DNA of 63,917 bases, counting the filler, from Psammoneis japonica (lineage: Eukaryota): the NCBI GenBank assembly GCA_008632985.1. It is 3 parts of 3 records of this genome, joined end to end, with 100 filler letters (N's around TTAATTAATTAA, not from the genome) between each part and the next. Parts side by side here need not be neighbours in the genome. Positions count along the whole stretch, not along the records: positions 1 to 26,945 come from QPGO01000420.1; 2 more parts are not named here. One strand, written 5' to 3'. The translations under genes and the position numbers were made by a program. Position 1 is the first letter of the stretch. Each line of letters opens with the position of its first letter. The notes beneath the pieces were generated by a model that was given only the letters and a program-made list of their open reading frames with translations, did no database searches and was not told the DNA's origin. This document shows positions 1 through 13,629 of this stretch, one piece after another.

Positions 1-2228
1 AAACAACATGTTTGTTTTCCTTGAAAAGACACCTTTGTTTTCTCTGAAAAGACATGCTTGTTTTCCGTGAAACGACATGTTTGTTTTCCTTGAAACCACA
101 TGTTTGTTTTCCTTGAAACCACGTGTTTGTTTTCCTTGAAACCACGTGATTGTTTTCCTTGAAAATGCATGTTTGCTTTCCTTGAAACAACACGTTTGTT
201 TTCCTTGAAACGACACGTTTGCTTTCCTTGAAACGACATGTTTGTTTTCCTTGAAACCACATGTTTGTTTTTCTTGAAATGACACCTTGGTTTTCTCTGA
301 AAAGATGTGTTTGTTTTCCTTGAAACGACACGTTTGTTTTCCTTGAAACAACACATTTGTTTTCCTTGAAAAGATGTGTTTGTTTTCTTTGAAACAACAT
401 GTTTGTCTTTGAACTTTTCACTGAAACGACATGTTTGTTTTCATTGAAAAGACACGTTTGTTTTCCTTGAAAAGACATGTTTGTTTTTTTTGAAACAACG
501 TGCTTGTTTTTCTTGAAACGACATGTTTGTTTTCCTTGAAAAGACATGTTTGTTTTCTCTGAAACCACATGTTTGTTTTCCCTGAAACAACACATTTGTT
601 TTCCTTGAAAAGACATGTTTGTTTTCCTTGAAAAAACATGTTTGTTTTTCTTGAAAAGACCTGTTTGTTTTCCTTGAAACGACACGTTTGTTTTCCTTGA
701 AAAGACACATTTGTTTTCCTTGAAAAGACACATTTGTTTTCTTTGAAAAGACATGCTTGTTTTCCATGAAACGACATGTTTGTTTGTTTTCTTCGAAACA
801 ACGCGTTTGTTTTCCTTGAAAAAACACGTTTGTTTTTCTTGAAAAGACATGATTTTTTTCCTTGAAAAGACATGTTTGTTTTCCTTGAAACGTCACGTTT
901 GTTTTCCTTGAAAAGACATGTTTTTTTTCTCTGAAACGACACGTTTGTTTTTTTTGAAACGACGTGTTTGTTTTCCTTGAAAAGACATGTTTGTTTTCTC
1001 TGAAACCACATGTTTGTTTTCCCTGAAACAACACATTTGTTTTTCTTGAAAAGACACGTTTGTTTTCCTTGAAAAGACATGGTTGTTTTCCATGAAATGA
1101 CATGTTTGCTTTCCTTGAAACCACATGTTTTCCTTGAAAATGCATGTTTGCTTTCCTTGAAATGACACGTTTGTTTTCCCTGAAGTGACGTGTTTGTTTT
1201 CCTTGAAAAGACGTGTTTGTTTTCCTTGAAAAGACACACTTGTTTTCCTTGAAACAACACATTTGTTTTCCTTGAAAACGCACGTTTGTTTTCCTTGAAA
1301 CGACATGTTTGTTTTTAAGACATGTCTGTTTTCGTTGAAATGACATGTTTGTTTTTCTTGAAATGACACGTTTGTTTTCTCTGAAAAGACATGTTTGTTT
1401 TCCTTGAAACGACATGTTTGTTTTCCTTGAAAAGACATGTTTGTCTTCCTTGAAAAGACATGTTTGTTTTCCTTGAAATGACACGTTTGTTTTCCTTGAA
1501 ACCACATGTTTGTTTTTCATGAAATGACACCTTGGTTTTCTCTGAAAAGATGTGTTTGTTTTCCTTGAAATGACGCGTTTGTTTTTCTTGAATCAACACG
1601 TTTGTTTTCCTTGAAAAGATGTGTTTGTTTTCTTTGAAACAACGTGTTTGTCTTTAAACGACATGTTTGTTTTAGCTGAAACGACACGTTTGTTTTCCTT
1701 GAAAAGACACGTTTGTTTTCCTTGAAAAGACATGTTTGTTTTCTTTGAAACGACACGTTTGTTTTTCTTGAAACGACATGTTTGTTTTCCTTGAAAACAC
1801 ATGTTTGTTTTCTCTGAAACCACATGTTTGTTTTCCCTGAAACAACACATTTGTTTTCCTTGAAAAGACATGTTTGTTTTCATTGAAAAAACATGTTTGT
1901 TTTCCTTGAAAAGACATGTTTGTTTTCCTTGAAACAACACGTTTGTTTTCCTTGAAAGGACACGTTTGTTTTCCTTGAAAAGACGTGTTTGTTTTCTTTG
2001 AAAAGACATGCTTGTTTTCCATGAAACGACGTGTTTGCTTTCCTGGAAACCACATGTTTGTTTTCCTTGAAAACACACATTTGTTTTTCTTGAAACAACA
2101 CATTTGTTTTCCTTGAAAAGACATGTTTGTTTTCCTTGAAACCATGTTTTTGTTTTGCTTGAAACCGCGTGTTTGTTTTCCTTGAAATGACACGTTTGTT
2201 TTCCTTGAAAAGACATGTTTGTTTTCTT
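1..2228 (-). repeat. 23-bp satellite array (monomer consensus TTTCAAGGAAAACAAACATGTCN, read on the minus strand here)
   Basis: Continuous tandem copies of (GA)CATGTTTGTTTTCCTTGAAA with a 23-nt period; the ORF track shows the 23-aa cyclic peptide FQGKQTCLFKENKHVVSRKTNMS in all three frames. Confidence 0.97.
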
Positions 2229-3185
2229 TGACTTCAAATCCTTGAGAGGAACCCAGGATGCAGTCCCATCCTTCCACTCGACTTGCAGGTCCCAGCCTGC
2301 AGTCGTCCTCCCAGGAGCACGCCTGCCAGTCTTGGTCATTGTGCACCCGTCATTGGCCGTTGCAGCACGGTGCAATGTGCAGCTGCCAATGAGAGTTGAT
2401 GCATCATGGCAACGTGCTGCAATTTAAATGTCACAAAGGTCGTGACAAAAACAACCTTTTGTCTGCATGCATGCTGCATCATGAATTTTTGGCGGAGTGG
2501 TTCATCGCAACCATTGGGCAGGAGGCCAGGGGTTCGAAACCCTGAGTGGGAGTTGTCTGCAGCAACGTTGATCACTGTCGAGCGCACAAAACTCTGTGCA
2601 GTTCTGTGTGTTCCTTTGCACGCACCCACACTGTTCCACCAAAACCGCGCAGTGTCAGTGCACGTCAGCAAAGAGCCGCGTGGATGCGCGACACATGGGG
2701 ATGAGTGCAGTGTGCAGCTGCTGACAAGAGCCAATGCATCACGGCGACGTGCTGCAATTTAAATGTCACAAAGGTCGTGACAAAAACAACCTTTTGTCTG
2801 CATGCACACTGCAACAGGCATCACGTCAGTGATCGACTGTTTCCTTCATGATCTGGCGGGCATTCCCTTCAGAGTCGATCTGAGTGAATGGGTTCTCTGC
2901 AGTTGTGTCAGCAGCATGGGAGTCGTTGGATCCATCAGGGAATTCCACGTCGCATGTCCTCAAGTCATTCCCAGTGCCAGCAGGAACCCCGTCACCATCT
3001 CACTTGTGTGCAATGACCCCAGCATGAGTCAGCTCGCCTCCTCGTGGTGACATGACTTGAGCTGTGAGACACCCATCCAGCCCTTCCAGGGTGTGCTCAT
3101 CAGCTTCCGGTTTGGAAGCGTCGGGTTCCACAGGTTTGACGGCATCGTCCCATTTGTCCATGAAGTCATCAGGGAGTTCAGGGAA
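2229..3185 (-). mobile_element. Ty1/copia (CoDi-like) pol fragment, integrase-RT linker region, interrupted by a tRNA-like repeat (about 2375-2808)
   Basis: Minus-strand peptides EADEHTLEGLDGCLTAQVMSPRGGE, VEFPDG...AENPFTQIDSEGN and TTAGWDLQVEWKDGTASWVPLKDLK resemble motifs of diatom Copia polyproteins; frames are broken. Confidence 0.75.
2375..2808 (+). repeat. About 335-bp tandem unit with tRNA-like A/B boxes (SINE-like); second copy at about 35786-36157
   Basis: TGGCGGAGTGGTT (A-box-like, about 2490) and CAGGGGTTCGAAACCCTG hairpin (B-box, about 2527); TTTAAATGTCACAAAGG recurs at 2423 and 2758. Confidence 0.55.
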
Positions 3186-4806
3186 GCCATGTCGTTTCAA
3201 GGAAAACAAACGCGCCATTTCAAGGAAAACAAACATGTTGTTTCAAGGAAAACAAGTGTGTCTTTTCAAGGAAAACAAACATGTCGTTTCAAGGAAAACA
3301 AACGTGTGAACGACATGTTTGTTTTCATTGAAAAGACATGTTTGTTTTCCTTGAAACGACATGTTTGTTTTCCTTGAAAAGACACACTTGCTTTCCTTGA
3401 AACAACATGTTTGTTTTCTTTGAAACAACACGTTTGTTTTCCTTGAAAAGACACATTTGTTTTCCTTGAAACAACATGTTTGTTTTCCTGGAAATGGCAT
3501 GTTTGTTTTCCTTGAAACGACATGTTTGTTTTCAAGAAACGACGTGTTTATTTTCCTTGAAACGACATGTTTGTTTTCCTTGAAAAGACATGTTTGTTTT
3601 CTTTGAAACCACATGTTTGTTTTCCTTGAAATGACATGTTTGTTTTCCTCAAAAAGACATGTTTGATTTCCTTGAAACGACATGTTTGTTTTCCTTGAAA
3701 CGACATGTTTGTTTTCCTTGAAAAGACACATTTGTTTTCCTTGAAACAACACGTTTGTTTTCAATGAAACGACGTGTTTGTTTTCCTTGAAAAGACACAT
3801 TTGTTTTCCTTGAAACAACATGTTTGTTTTCCTTGAAATGGCATGTTTGTTTTCCTTGAAACGACACGTTTGTTTTCAAGAAACGACGTGTTTGTTTTCC
3901 TTGAAACGACATGTTTGTTTTCATTGAAAAGACATGTTTGTTTTCCTTGTAACCACATGTTTGTTTTCCTTAAATTGACACGTTTGTTTTCCTTGAAACA
4001 ACATGTTTGTTTTCATTGAAAAGACATGTTTGTTTTCTTTGAAACGACATGTTTGTTTTCCTTGAAACCACGTGTTTGTTTTCCTTGAAAAGACACATTT
4101 GTTTTCCTTGAAACAACATGTTTGTTTTCCTTGAAACCACATGCAAACGTGTCTTTTCAAGGAAAACAAACGTGTCTTTTCAAGGAAAACAAACGTGTCG
4201 TTTCAAGGAAAACAAACAGGTCTTTTCAAGAAAAACAAACATGTTTTTTCAAGGAAAACAAACATGTCGTTTCAAGGAAAACAAACATGCCATTTCAAGG
4301 TAAACAAACATGTTGTTTCAAGGAAAACAAATTTGTCTGTTCAAGGAAAACAAACATGTGGTTTCAGGGAAAACAAACATGTCATTTCAAAGGAAATCAA
4401 ACATGTCTTTTCAATGAAAACAAACATGTCGTTTCAAGGAAAACAAACATGTGTTTTCAAGGAAAACAAACATGTGGTTTCAAGGAAAACAAACATGTGG
4501 TTTCAAGGAAAACAAACATGTCGTTTCAAGGAAAACAAACATGTTGTTTCAAGGAAAACAAACATGTCTTTTTAAGGAAAACAAACATGTCGTTTCAAGG
4601 AAAGCAAACGTGTCATTTCAAGGAAAACAAACATGTGTTTTCAAGGAAAACAAACTTGTCTGTTCAAGGAAATCAAACATGTCTTTTCAATGAAAACAAA
4701 TGTGTGTTTTCAAGGAAAACAAACACGTTGTTTCAGGGAAAACAAACATGTCTTTTCAAGGAAACCAAACATGTCTTGAAAACAAACATGTCGTTTCAAA
4801 GAAAAC
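3186..4806. repeat. 23-bp satellite array with internal orientation switches (about 3307 and 4141)
   Basis: Monomers read + at 3186-3306, - at 3307-4140 and + at 4141-4806. Confidence 0.95.
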
Positions 4807-6170
4807 ACTCCTCCCTTGGCCGGATGTGCCACATGGCACCAACCCATCCTGCCTGACAGAGGGAGTGCATGGTCAAATTTGCAAGTCCGCTGTGCAGATG
4901 CGCCACATGGCGACAACCCATCCTGCAATGAGAGGGAGAGTTGGACAAATGCTGTGTGATGATGCTGTGCACAACACATGCATCAGAGTGCAAAAAATGT
5001 CAAAAATGTGTGGATTTGCATGATGACAATTTGTCAAAATGTTGCAAAAAATTGTTGTTGCACAATGACAGGCCAACCTCTGGTTGCAAGTTTGCTGCGC
5101 CAATGTCACGACAACTTGTTGAGAATCATGTGTGCCATTTTTCACTGTGTCCACATCGCCGTTTCTGCCTCCACCTTGTTGCCATGTGCCAGTCCGTGGT
5201 TGCATTGCCGCACAATCCTTGGTTTGTCAATTTTTGCAAACAGGGGTGTGATCACAGAACCACTTGCATGCCTGCTTGTTCCTTCGTTTGCTGCCGGCGA
5301 CAGTGTCTGGGCCAAGCAGATCCCNNNNNNNNNNNNNNNNNNNNNNNNNNNNNNNNNNNNNNNNNNNNNNNNNNNNNNNNNNNNNNNNNNNNNNNNNNNN
5401 NNNNNNNNNNNNNNNNNNNNNNNNNNNNNNNNNNNNNNNNNNNNNNNNNNNNNNNNNNNNNNNNNNNNNNNNNNNNNNNNNNNNNNNNNNNNNNNNNNNN
5501 NNNNNNNNNNNNNNNNNNNNNNNNNNNNNNNNNNNNNNNNNNNNNNNNNNNNNNNNNNNNNNNNNNNNNNNNNNNNNNNNNNNNNNNNNNNNNNNNNNNN
5601 NNNNNNNNNNNNNNNNNNNNNNNNNNNNNNNNNNNNNNNNNNNNNNNNNNNNNNNNNNNNNNNNNNNNNNNNNNNNNNNNNNNNNNNNNNNNNNNNNNNN
5701 NNNNNNNNNNNNNNNNNNNNNNNNNNNNNNNNNNNNNNNNNNNNNNNNNNNNNNNNNNNNNNNNNNNNNNNNNNNNNNNNNNNNNNNNNNNNNNNNNNNN
5801 NNNNNNNNNNNNNNNNNNNNNNNNNNNNNNNNNNNNNNNNNNNNNNNNNNNNNNNNNNNNNNNNNNNNNNNNNNNNNNNNNNNNNNNNNNNNNNNNNNNN
5901 NNNNNNNNNNNNNNNNNNNNNNNNNNNNNNNNNNNNNNNNNNNNNNNNNNNNNNNNNNNNNNNNNNNNNNNNNNNNNNNNNNNNNNNNNNNNNNNNNNNN
6001 NNNNNNNNNNNNNNNNNNNNNNNNNNNNNNNNNNNNNNNNNNNNNNNNNNNNNNNNNNNNNNGAGCTTCTTGTGGGGTGCAGATGCTGTTCTCCTGCACA
6101 TGGAATCGTGTTGGTTTGCTTCCGTCAGTGCATTCTTGCACAGAATTCAAGGCAAACTCATGTTGTTTTA
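4807..6170 (-). repeat. Copy of dispersed repeat family A spanning an N gap (5325-6062)
   Basis: 4807-5324 matches about 23665-24180 directly; 6063-6170 is the reverse complement of about 13630-13740. Confidence 0.85.
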
Positions 6171-7600
6171 AGAAAGACAAACGTGTCATTTCAAAAAAAA
6201 AGTCAATTCAAGGAAAACAAATGAAAACAAACATGTCGTTTCAAGGAAAACAAACGTGTCATTTTAAGGAAAACAAACATGTGGTTTCAAGGAAAACAAA
6301 CATGTGGTTTCAAGGAAAACAAACATGTCTTTTCAAGGAAAACAAACATGTCGTTTCAAGGAAAACAAACACCTCGTTTCAAAGAAAACAAACATGCCAT
6401 TTCAAGGAAAACAATCATGTTGTTTCAAGGAAAACAATTGTGTGTTTTCAAGGAAAACAAACATGTCCTTGAAATCAAGGAAAACAAACATGTCGTTTCA
6501 CGGAAAACAAGCATGTCTTTTCAATGAAAACGAGCGTGTCTTTTCAAGAAAAACAAACGTGTCCTTTCAAGGAAAACAAACGTGTTGTTTCAGGGAAAAC
6601 AAACACATGGTTTCACAGAAAACAAACATGTTTTTTCAAGAAAAACAAACATGTCTTTTCAAGAAAAACAAACATGTTGTTTCAAAGAAAACAAACATGT
6701 CTTTTCAAGGAAAACAAACATGTGGTTTCAAGGAAAACAAACATGTGGTTTCAAGGAAAACAAACATGTCTTTTCAAGGAAAACAAACATGTCTTTTCAA
6801 GGAAACCAAACATGTGGTTTCAAGGAAAACAAACATGTGGTTTCAAGGAAAACAAACATGTCTTTTCAAGGAAAACAAACATGTGGTTTCAAGGAAAACA
6901 AACATGTCGTTTCAAGGAAAACAATCACGCCATTTCAGAGAAAACAAACATGTTGTTTCATGGAAAACAAATGTGTCTTTTCAAGGAAAACAAACATGTC
7001 GTTTCAAGGAAAACAAACATGTTGTTTCAAGGAAAACAAATGTGTCTTTTCAAGGAAAACAAACATGTTGTTTCAAGGAAAACAAACATGTCGTTTCAAG
7101 GAAATCAAACATGTCTTTTCAATGAAAACAAACATGTCGTTTCAAGGAAAATAAACACGTCGTTTCAAAGAAAACAAACATGCCAAGGAAAACAAACATG
7201 CCATTTCAAGGAAAACAAACATGTTGTTTCAAGGAAAACAAGTGTGTCTTTTCAAGGAAAACAAACATGTCGTTTCAAGGAAAACAAACATGTCTTTTCA
7301 ATGAAAACAAACATGTGTTTTCAAGGAAAACAAACACGTTGTTTCAAGGAAAATAAACACGTCATTTCAAAGAAAACAAACATGCCATTTCAAGGAAAAC
7401 AATCATGTTGTTTCAAGGAAAACAAATGTGTGTTTTCAAGGAAAACAAACATGTCGTTTCAAGGAAAACAAACATGCCATTTCAAGGAAAACAAACATGT
7501 TGTTTCAAGGAAAACAAATGTTTCTTTTCAAGGAAAACAAACATGTCTTTTCATTGAAAACAAACATGTCGTTTCAAGGAAAACAAACATGTTGTTTTGA
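6171..7600 (+). repeat. 23-bp satellite array
   Basis: Tandem 23-mers. Confidence 0.96.
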
Positions 7601-7604
7601 AAAA

Positions 7605-8212
7605 TGCTGGTGTGCTGACACAAACACAGGCAGTTTGTGTGCTGTTGGCGATTGGTTCACTGTTGCTTGATCAGTGGCCCCAATGGCGCAACATCTCACA
7701 ATTCTAGAACCTGCTGATGCTGCTCAACACTCTGTCTTGTCTTGCGCCCAATTCTCAGCCATCATGGTGGCATTTGGTCGCTTTGTCACAGCCAGTGCAC
7801 TGTGATGTTCATCGCCTGGAACGGGCATTGCAAACGGTCTGATGGCATCATTGCGATCAATTGATTTTTGTGGCAAGCGCCATGTTGGTCCCATGGTTGC
7901 TCGCGCAATTGCTGAGTCCTTTGTGTGTGTCAACATTCATGGACATGAACAACATGCTCTTGGAGACCAGAGCTGTGATCCGTCAGACATGACGTCATCA
8001 CACGAAATGTTTGATCATGTGGATGGAACATGTTGGCTGAGACACGCAAACATTCGTGATGAAGACAACACAATGATTTGTGCACTGTCTGTCATTTGAC
8101 CACACACATCTCATCAATCAAAGTGCATCATCAAATTGTTTGGACGCTGCACACGTGGATGCATGTCTGTTGGACATTGTCGCTTGGGGGCAACGCCACC
8201 TGCTCATGGGTT
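7605..8212. repeat. Unclassified dispersed repeat (family B); related copies at about 19727-19905, 39210-39693 plus 40220-40320, and 41279-41765
   Basis: Shared blocks such as GGCGATTGGTTCACTGTTGCT and CACAATTCT(A/G)GAACCTG. Confidence 0.8.
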
Positions 8213-8323
8213 CGCCAAGCAGAAACCGCCAAATCGGCACGAGAGCCATGCATTTTTCTCACTTTCCTCCACTCACACAAGTGGATGCTCACGCATCGAA
8301 ACGCGAACAACTGCTGATGCGCC

Positions 8324-11059
8324 ATGGCCGCTGCTGCAGCCTTTGTTGCCTGTCTTGCGCGTTGTGGGCACAGTGCACAGACGCGCACCCACATGGCCCG
8401 TCAAGGCTTTCCTGCTGTCGAGGACCTGGAGCAGGTCCCTTTGACTGAAATTGCCGACATGACGAAGGGCACCATGAAAAGCGTGGGTGCCGCTGCCAGC
8501 CCTCAAGTCCGCTTTCCACACCTGGCAAATCGAAAGCTCAAGGCACTGCACGCATGGATTGACTGCCGCAGAGCCTGGAACCAACAGCCGACCGCTGCTC
8601 TCTTCGCTGGCGACGTTGTTGGAACATGGGCGGCACGTCTGATGGAACTGGAGCAATTCAAGTCCGCCGACTCGGACGACGAATTGGCTGCCAAAACGGC
8701 CGTGGAGCTCAAGAACCCACACAACTGGCCCACCTTCCAAGAGTTGCTGGAGACCGAACTGCGCCACCACCGCAGCACCGTCGCCGGAGTTCCCCTCATC
8801 TGTCCAGAGTCTTGGCTGCCACCTGCGCTGCCATTGACGAGGACCTCATTGCTGCCACCCACCTTGCGGGCGCTCAGCATGCGCAGGACAGGCAACGACT
8901 GCATGATCTCCTGAAGAAGTCAGTGATGGGGGGGCCCGGATGGGCTTTTGTCAAACCTTCCAATCGCAGCCGCGATGGTCGCACTGCTTTCTTTGCACTT
9001 GAGAGGCAGGCGGAAGGATCAGCCGCCGCCACCACCCAAAAGAACCATGCTCATGCACAGATTGCTGCCGCGAAGTGCACCGGACGGGGTCGATTTGCAT
9101 TTGACCAGCACATTCAGCGTCATCAAAAGGCTCACAACGACTTGTCTGAGCTTGATGAACTGGTGGCCGAGACCAAGAAGGTCTCTGACTTTCTGAAGGG
9201 CATCTCCGACCGGAGTGCTCTTGACGGTCCCGAGTGAGAGCAAGTCCAAAAGCTCCGCGACGCCAAGAAGGCCAAAAAGAAATGCAAAGCTGCTGCTGTG
9301 TCCTTGGAAGCTGAGTCGGTCGATGCCGAAACTCTCGCTGTAAAGAAAGCGGCTGTTGCCGAGCCTGCTGCTCAACCTGCTGATGCACCGAAAGACTCCG
9401 ACGAGCCTGGCGAACCTGCCGCCAATGCAGGCACCCAGTTTGGATGCAGCGCACATGAGAAACCTCAGAATGAGGAATGAACAGTTGCGCCAGCACTGAA
9501 AGGCACAGAGCCGAATGTCGCTAAACCTGCTGGCACTGTTTGTTTGTCTGGGTGATTCTCAAAGGATGTGCGTGTCTCTCTGTCATCTGCTGGAAATTCA
9601 GATGATGAAGCCACCACTGATTTAGACTCGCACGCTGACACGTGTGCTGTTGGGTCCAATTTTGTGATGTGCTCTGACATCGACAGAACTGTCGTGGTGC
9701 ACCCCCACTCCGAAGAGCACGCACCAATGGAAAACACTCCTGTTTGCACGGCTGCTGCCGTGTGGGTTGATCCAACTGATGGACAACCGCGCTTGCTGCC
9801 AGTCCACGAGGCCATGTTTTTTGGGGACAAGATGACCAACACCCTTCTGTGCCCCAACCAACTGCAAGCAAATGGGCTGATTGTCCACGACACCCCTTGC
9901 CAGTTTGATCCGACTGGCAAGCACTCCATTGCTTTCCCTGGCTTGAAGATCAGGGTGCCGCTGCAAACAAGAGGCGTTGCTTCTGTCTTTGATTCACACG
10001 AGCCAACAAATGAGGATCTGAAGAACCTCCCCTGGCTGGAACTCACATCGCCCCCAAGATGGGAGCCTTCTGCTGATGCCATGGCGCAAAAGGAGGAAGC
10101 GCGTGCATGTGCCAGTGTGCGCCAAGGATCAGCAAAGTCGGGCGGATGGTCGACGACAATGAATGTGACCAGGTGTGTTGCTTCCATTCATTCACACCAA
10201 ATGTCCTGTCATGATGAGAGCGTCATTGTGGACACTGATGACAACAATTCATTGCATCGCCGCATGGTTGCTCAGGTGAATGTCTCCCACAACGACACCG
10301 AGGGAGACGGGCCACATGACCGGCATGACCTGGATGTCCACCTGGATTGTGCCGAGCGGAAACGGGTGCATGCACTGTCGACCTTGAGTCGTGCATCAAC
10401 TGTCACGCCCGAGACACTCTCTAAAAGGTGGAACATTGGCCTGACGGCTGCTGAGAACACCATCAGAGTGATGACCCAGGCAGGGGTCCGCAATGTCTGC
10501 ACACCATCCGAACGGAAAGTCCGGAAGAAAGCCCCTTGGCTCAAGTTCCCTGCTGTCAAGGGACGACTCTACTCTGACCAGATGTTTTCAAAGGTCAAAT
10601 CAACACATGGCAAGATGGGAGGAAGCGCACTTGCCAACGGAAGAGGGTGTGACAGGTTCCATCCTTGGAAGAGGAAACAGGACCACCCAGATGCCGTCAT
10701 GTCATTTGTGCATGACGTTGGCACACCACAGGTCCTTGTGTCGGATGGCATGCTGGAAATGGCGGAAGGCCAGACCAAGGAGATCTGCAAGGAATGCAGG
10801 ATGCACCAGGAGGTGTCCACTCCATGCAGCCCCTGGCAGAACCTGGCAGAGGCATCCATTTGTGAGTTGAAGAAAAGAGTCCTTGTGACTCTGCGCTGGA
10901 CTGGCGCTCACAGACGACTTCAGCCCCACAGTGCCAAATGGACATTTGACATCCGACGCATGATTGCAGCCAGTGTGTCAGACATGGGAGGGCGAGTCCC
11001 AGAAGAGGAGGCAAGAGGTTCAACACCCAACATCTCTTCCCTCTCTCTCTTTGATTGGT
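8324..11059 (+). mobile_element. Decayed Ty1/copia (CoDi-like) gag-protease-integrase, truncated by satellite at 11060
   Basis: Gag-like ORF pieces 8324-9480; aspartic protease motif LDSHADTCAVG (about 9622); integrase motifs LVSDG and TPCSPWQNLAE; ends at LFDW; several frameshifts. Possible degenerate PBS (CGGCACGAGAGCC) at 8235-8247, low confidence. Confidence 0.88.
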
Positions 11060-13277
11060 GAAAACAAACATGTCTTTTCAAGGAAAACAAACATGTTGCA
11101 TCAAGGGGAAAAAAGTCTTTTCAAGGAAAACAAACATGTCGTTTCAAGGAAAACAAACATGTGTTTTCAAAGAAAACAAACATGTCTTTTCAATGAAAAC
11201 AAACATGTCATTTCAATGAAAACAAACATGTCATTTCAAAGAAAACAAACACGTCGTTTCAGGGAAAACCTTCACCAAGCATTCTTGTCGTTTGTTGCAT
11301 GTCGCCGTCAGCTTGGCTTCCGCCTTCCTCTGTTGAGATGATTTCCAAGAATCAACATCGTGCCCGTGAACCAACTTGTTGTGCTCTTCCCAAAGTTCCC
11401 ACCAGCACCTCTGCCATGTTTGTTTTCCTTGAAACGACATGTTTGTTTTCCTTGAAACCACATGTTTGTTTTCCTTGAAAACACATGTTTGTTTTCCTTG
11501 AAACGACATGTTTGTTTTCATTGAAAAGACATGTTTGATTTCATTGAAACGACATGTTTGTTTTCCTTGAAACCACATGTTTGTTTTCCTTGAAAAGACA
11601 CATTTGTTTTCCTTGAAACAACACGTTTGTTTTCCTTGAAATGGCACGTTTGTTTTCCTTGAAACAACGTGTTTGTTTTCCTTGAAAACACACATTTGTT
11701 TTCCTTGAAACAACATGATTGTTTTCCTTGAAATGGCATGTTTGTTTTCTTTGAAACGACGTGTTTGTTTTCCTTGAAACGACATGTTTGTTTTTGTTGA
11801 AAAGACATGTTTGATTTCCTTGAAACGACATGTCTGTTTTCCTTGAAACAACAGGTTTGTTTTCCTTGAAAAGACACATTTGTTTTCCTTGAAAAAACAT
11901 GTTTGTTTTCCTTGAAATGGCATGTTTGTTTTCCTTGGCATGTTTGTTTTCTTTGAAACGACGTGTTTGTTTTCCTTGAAACGACATGTTTGTTTTCATT
12001 GAAAAGACATGTTTGATTTCCTTGAAATGACATGTTTGTTTTCCTTGAAAAGACACATTTGTTTTCCTTGAAACAACATGTTTGTTTTCCTTGAAATGGC
12101 ATGTTTGTTTTCCTTGGCATGTTTGTTTTCTTTGAAACGACGTGTTTGTTTTCCTTGAAACTGCATGTTTGTTTTCATTGAAAAGACATGTTTGATTTCC
12201 TTGAAATGACATGTTTGTTTTCCTTGAAAAGACACATTTGTTTTCCTTGAAACAACATGTTTGTTTTCCTTGAAACGACATGTTTGTTTTCCTTGAAAAG
12301 ACACATTTGTTTTCCTTGAAACAACATGTTTGTTTTCTCTGAAATGGTGTGTTTGTTTTCCTTGAAACGACATGCTTGTTTTCCTTGAAACCACATGTTT
12401 GTTTTCCTTGAAATGACACGTTTGTTTTCCTCGAAACAACATGTTTGTTTTCATTGAAAAGACATGTTTGTTTTCTTTGAAACGAAATGTTTGTTTTCCT
12501 TGAAAAGACATGTTTGTTTTCCTTGAAAAGACATGTTTGTTTTCTTTGAAACCACATGTTTGTTTTCCTTGAAACGACATGTTTGTTTTCATTGAAAAGA
12601 CATGTTTGATTTCCTTGAAACGACATGTTTGTTTTCCTTGAAACGACATGTTTGTTTTCCTTGAAAAGACACATTTGTTTTCTTTGAAACAACATGTTTG
12701 TTTTCCTTGAAACGACATGTTTGTTTTCCTTGAAAAGACACATTTGTTTTCCTTGAAACAACATGTTTGTTTTCCTTGAAATGGCGCGTTTGTTTTCCTT
12801 GAAATGACATGTTTGTTTTCCTTGAAAACACACAATTGTTTTCCTTGAAACAACATGATTGTTTTCCTTGAAATGGCGTGTTTGTTTTCTTTGAAACGAC
12901 GTGTTTATTTTCCTTGAAAAGACATGTTGTTTTCCTTGAAAAGTTTTCCTTGAAACGGCACGTTTGTTTTCCTTGAAAAGACATGTTTGTTTTCAAGAAA
13001 TGTTTGTTTTCCTTGAAACAACATGTTTGTTTTCCTTGAAAAGACATGTTTGTTTTCCTTGAAAAGACGTGTTTGTTTTCCTTGAAATGACATGTTTGTT
13101 TTCTTTGAAAAGACATGTTTGTTTTCCTTGAAACCACATGTTTGTTTTCCTTGAAACCCATGTTTGTTTTCCTTGAAACGACACGTTTGTTTTCCTTGAA
13201 GAGATGTGTTTGTTTTCTTTGAAATGACGTGTTTGTTTTTCTTGAAAATGCATTGTTTTCCCTGAAACCACATGTTT
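11060..13277. repeat. 23-bp satellite array (+ at 11060-11268, - at 11416-13277)
   Basis: Tandem 23-mers flanking a 147-bp non-satellite island. Confidence 0.95.
11269..11415 (-). mobile_element. Possible non-LTR retrotransposon ORF2 C-terminal fragment
   Basis: Peptide WQRCWWELWEEHNKLVHG resembles the W..LW..RN..(V)HG motif at the C-terminus of L1/Ambal-type ORF2 proteins. Confidence 0.4.
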
Positions 13278-13629
13278 GGAACACTGCACACTGTCCTGGT
13301 GAGTGCAGGAGGTTCTCAACAACCCAGCAAAGAAGTTGCCACTCGGCCAGCTGTTGAGCCCCTTCTCCGCACACACATTCAGGCATGTGTTGTGCGCAGC
13401 ATCGTTGCACAGCATTTGTCCAACTGAACATGTCCTTTCAAGGAAAACAAACATGTTTTCCTTGAAAAGACATGTTTGTTTTCCTTGAAAAGACATGTTT
13501 GTTTTCCTTGAAACCACATGTTTGTTTTCCTTGAAACCACATGTTTGTTTTCCTTAAAATGACACGTTTGTTGTTTGTTTTCATTTGTTTTCCTTGAGTT
13601 GACATTTTTTTGAAATGACATGTTTGTCT

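Noticed and set aside
2485..2552. Functional tRNA gene (also at 14940-15005, 16420-16460 and 35900-36045)
   Set aside because: Only a T-arm and A-box-like pieces are visible; I could not fold an acceptor stem and anticodon arm.
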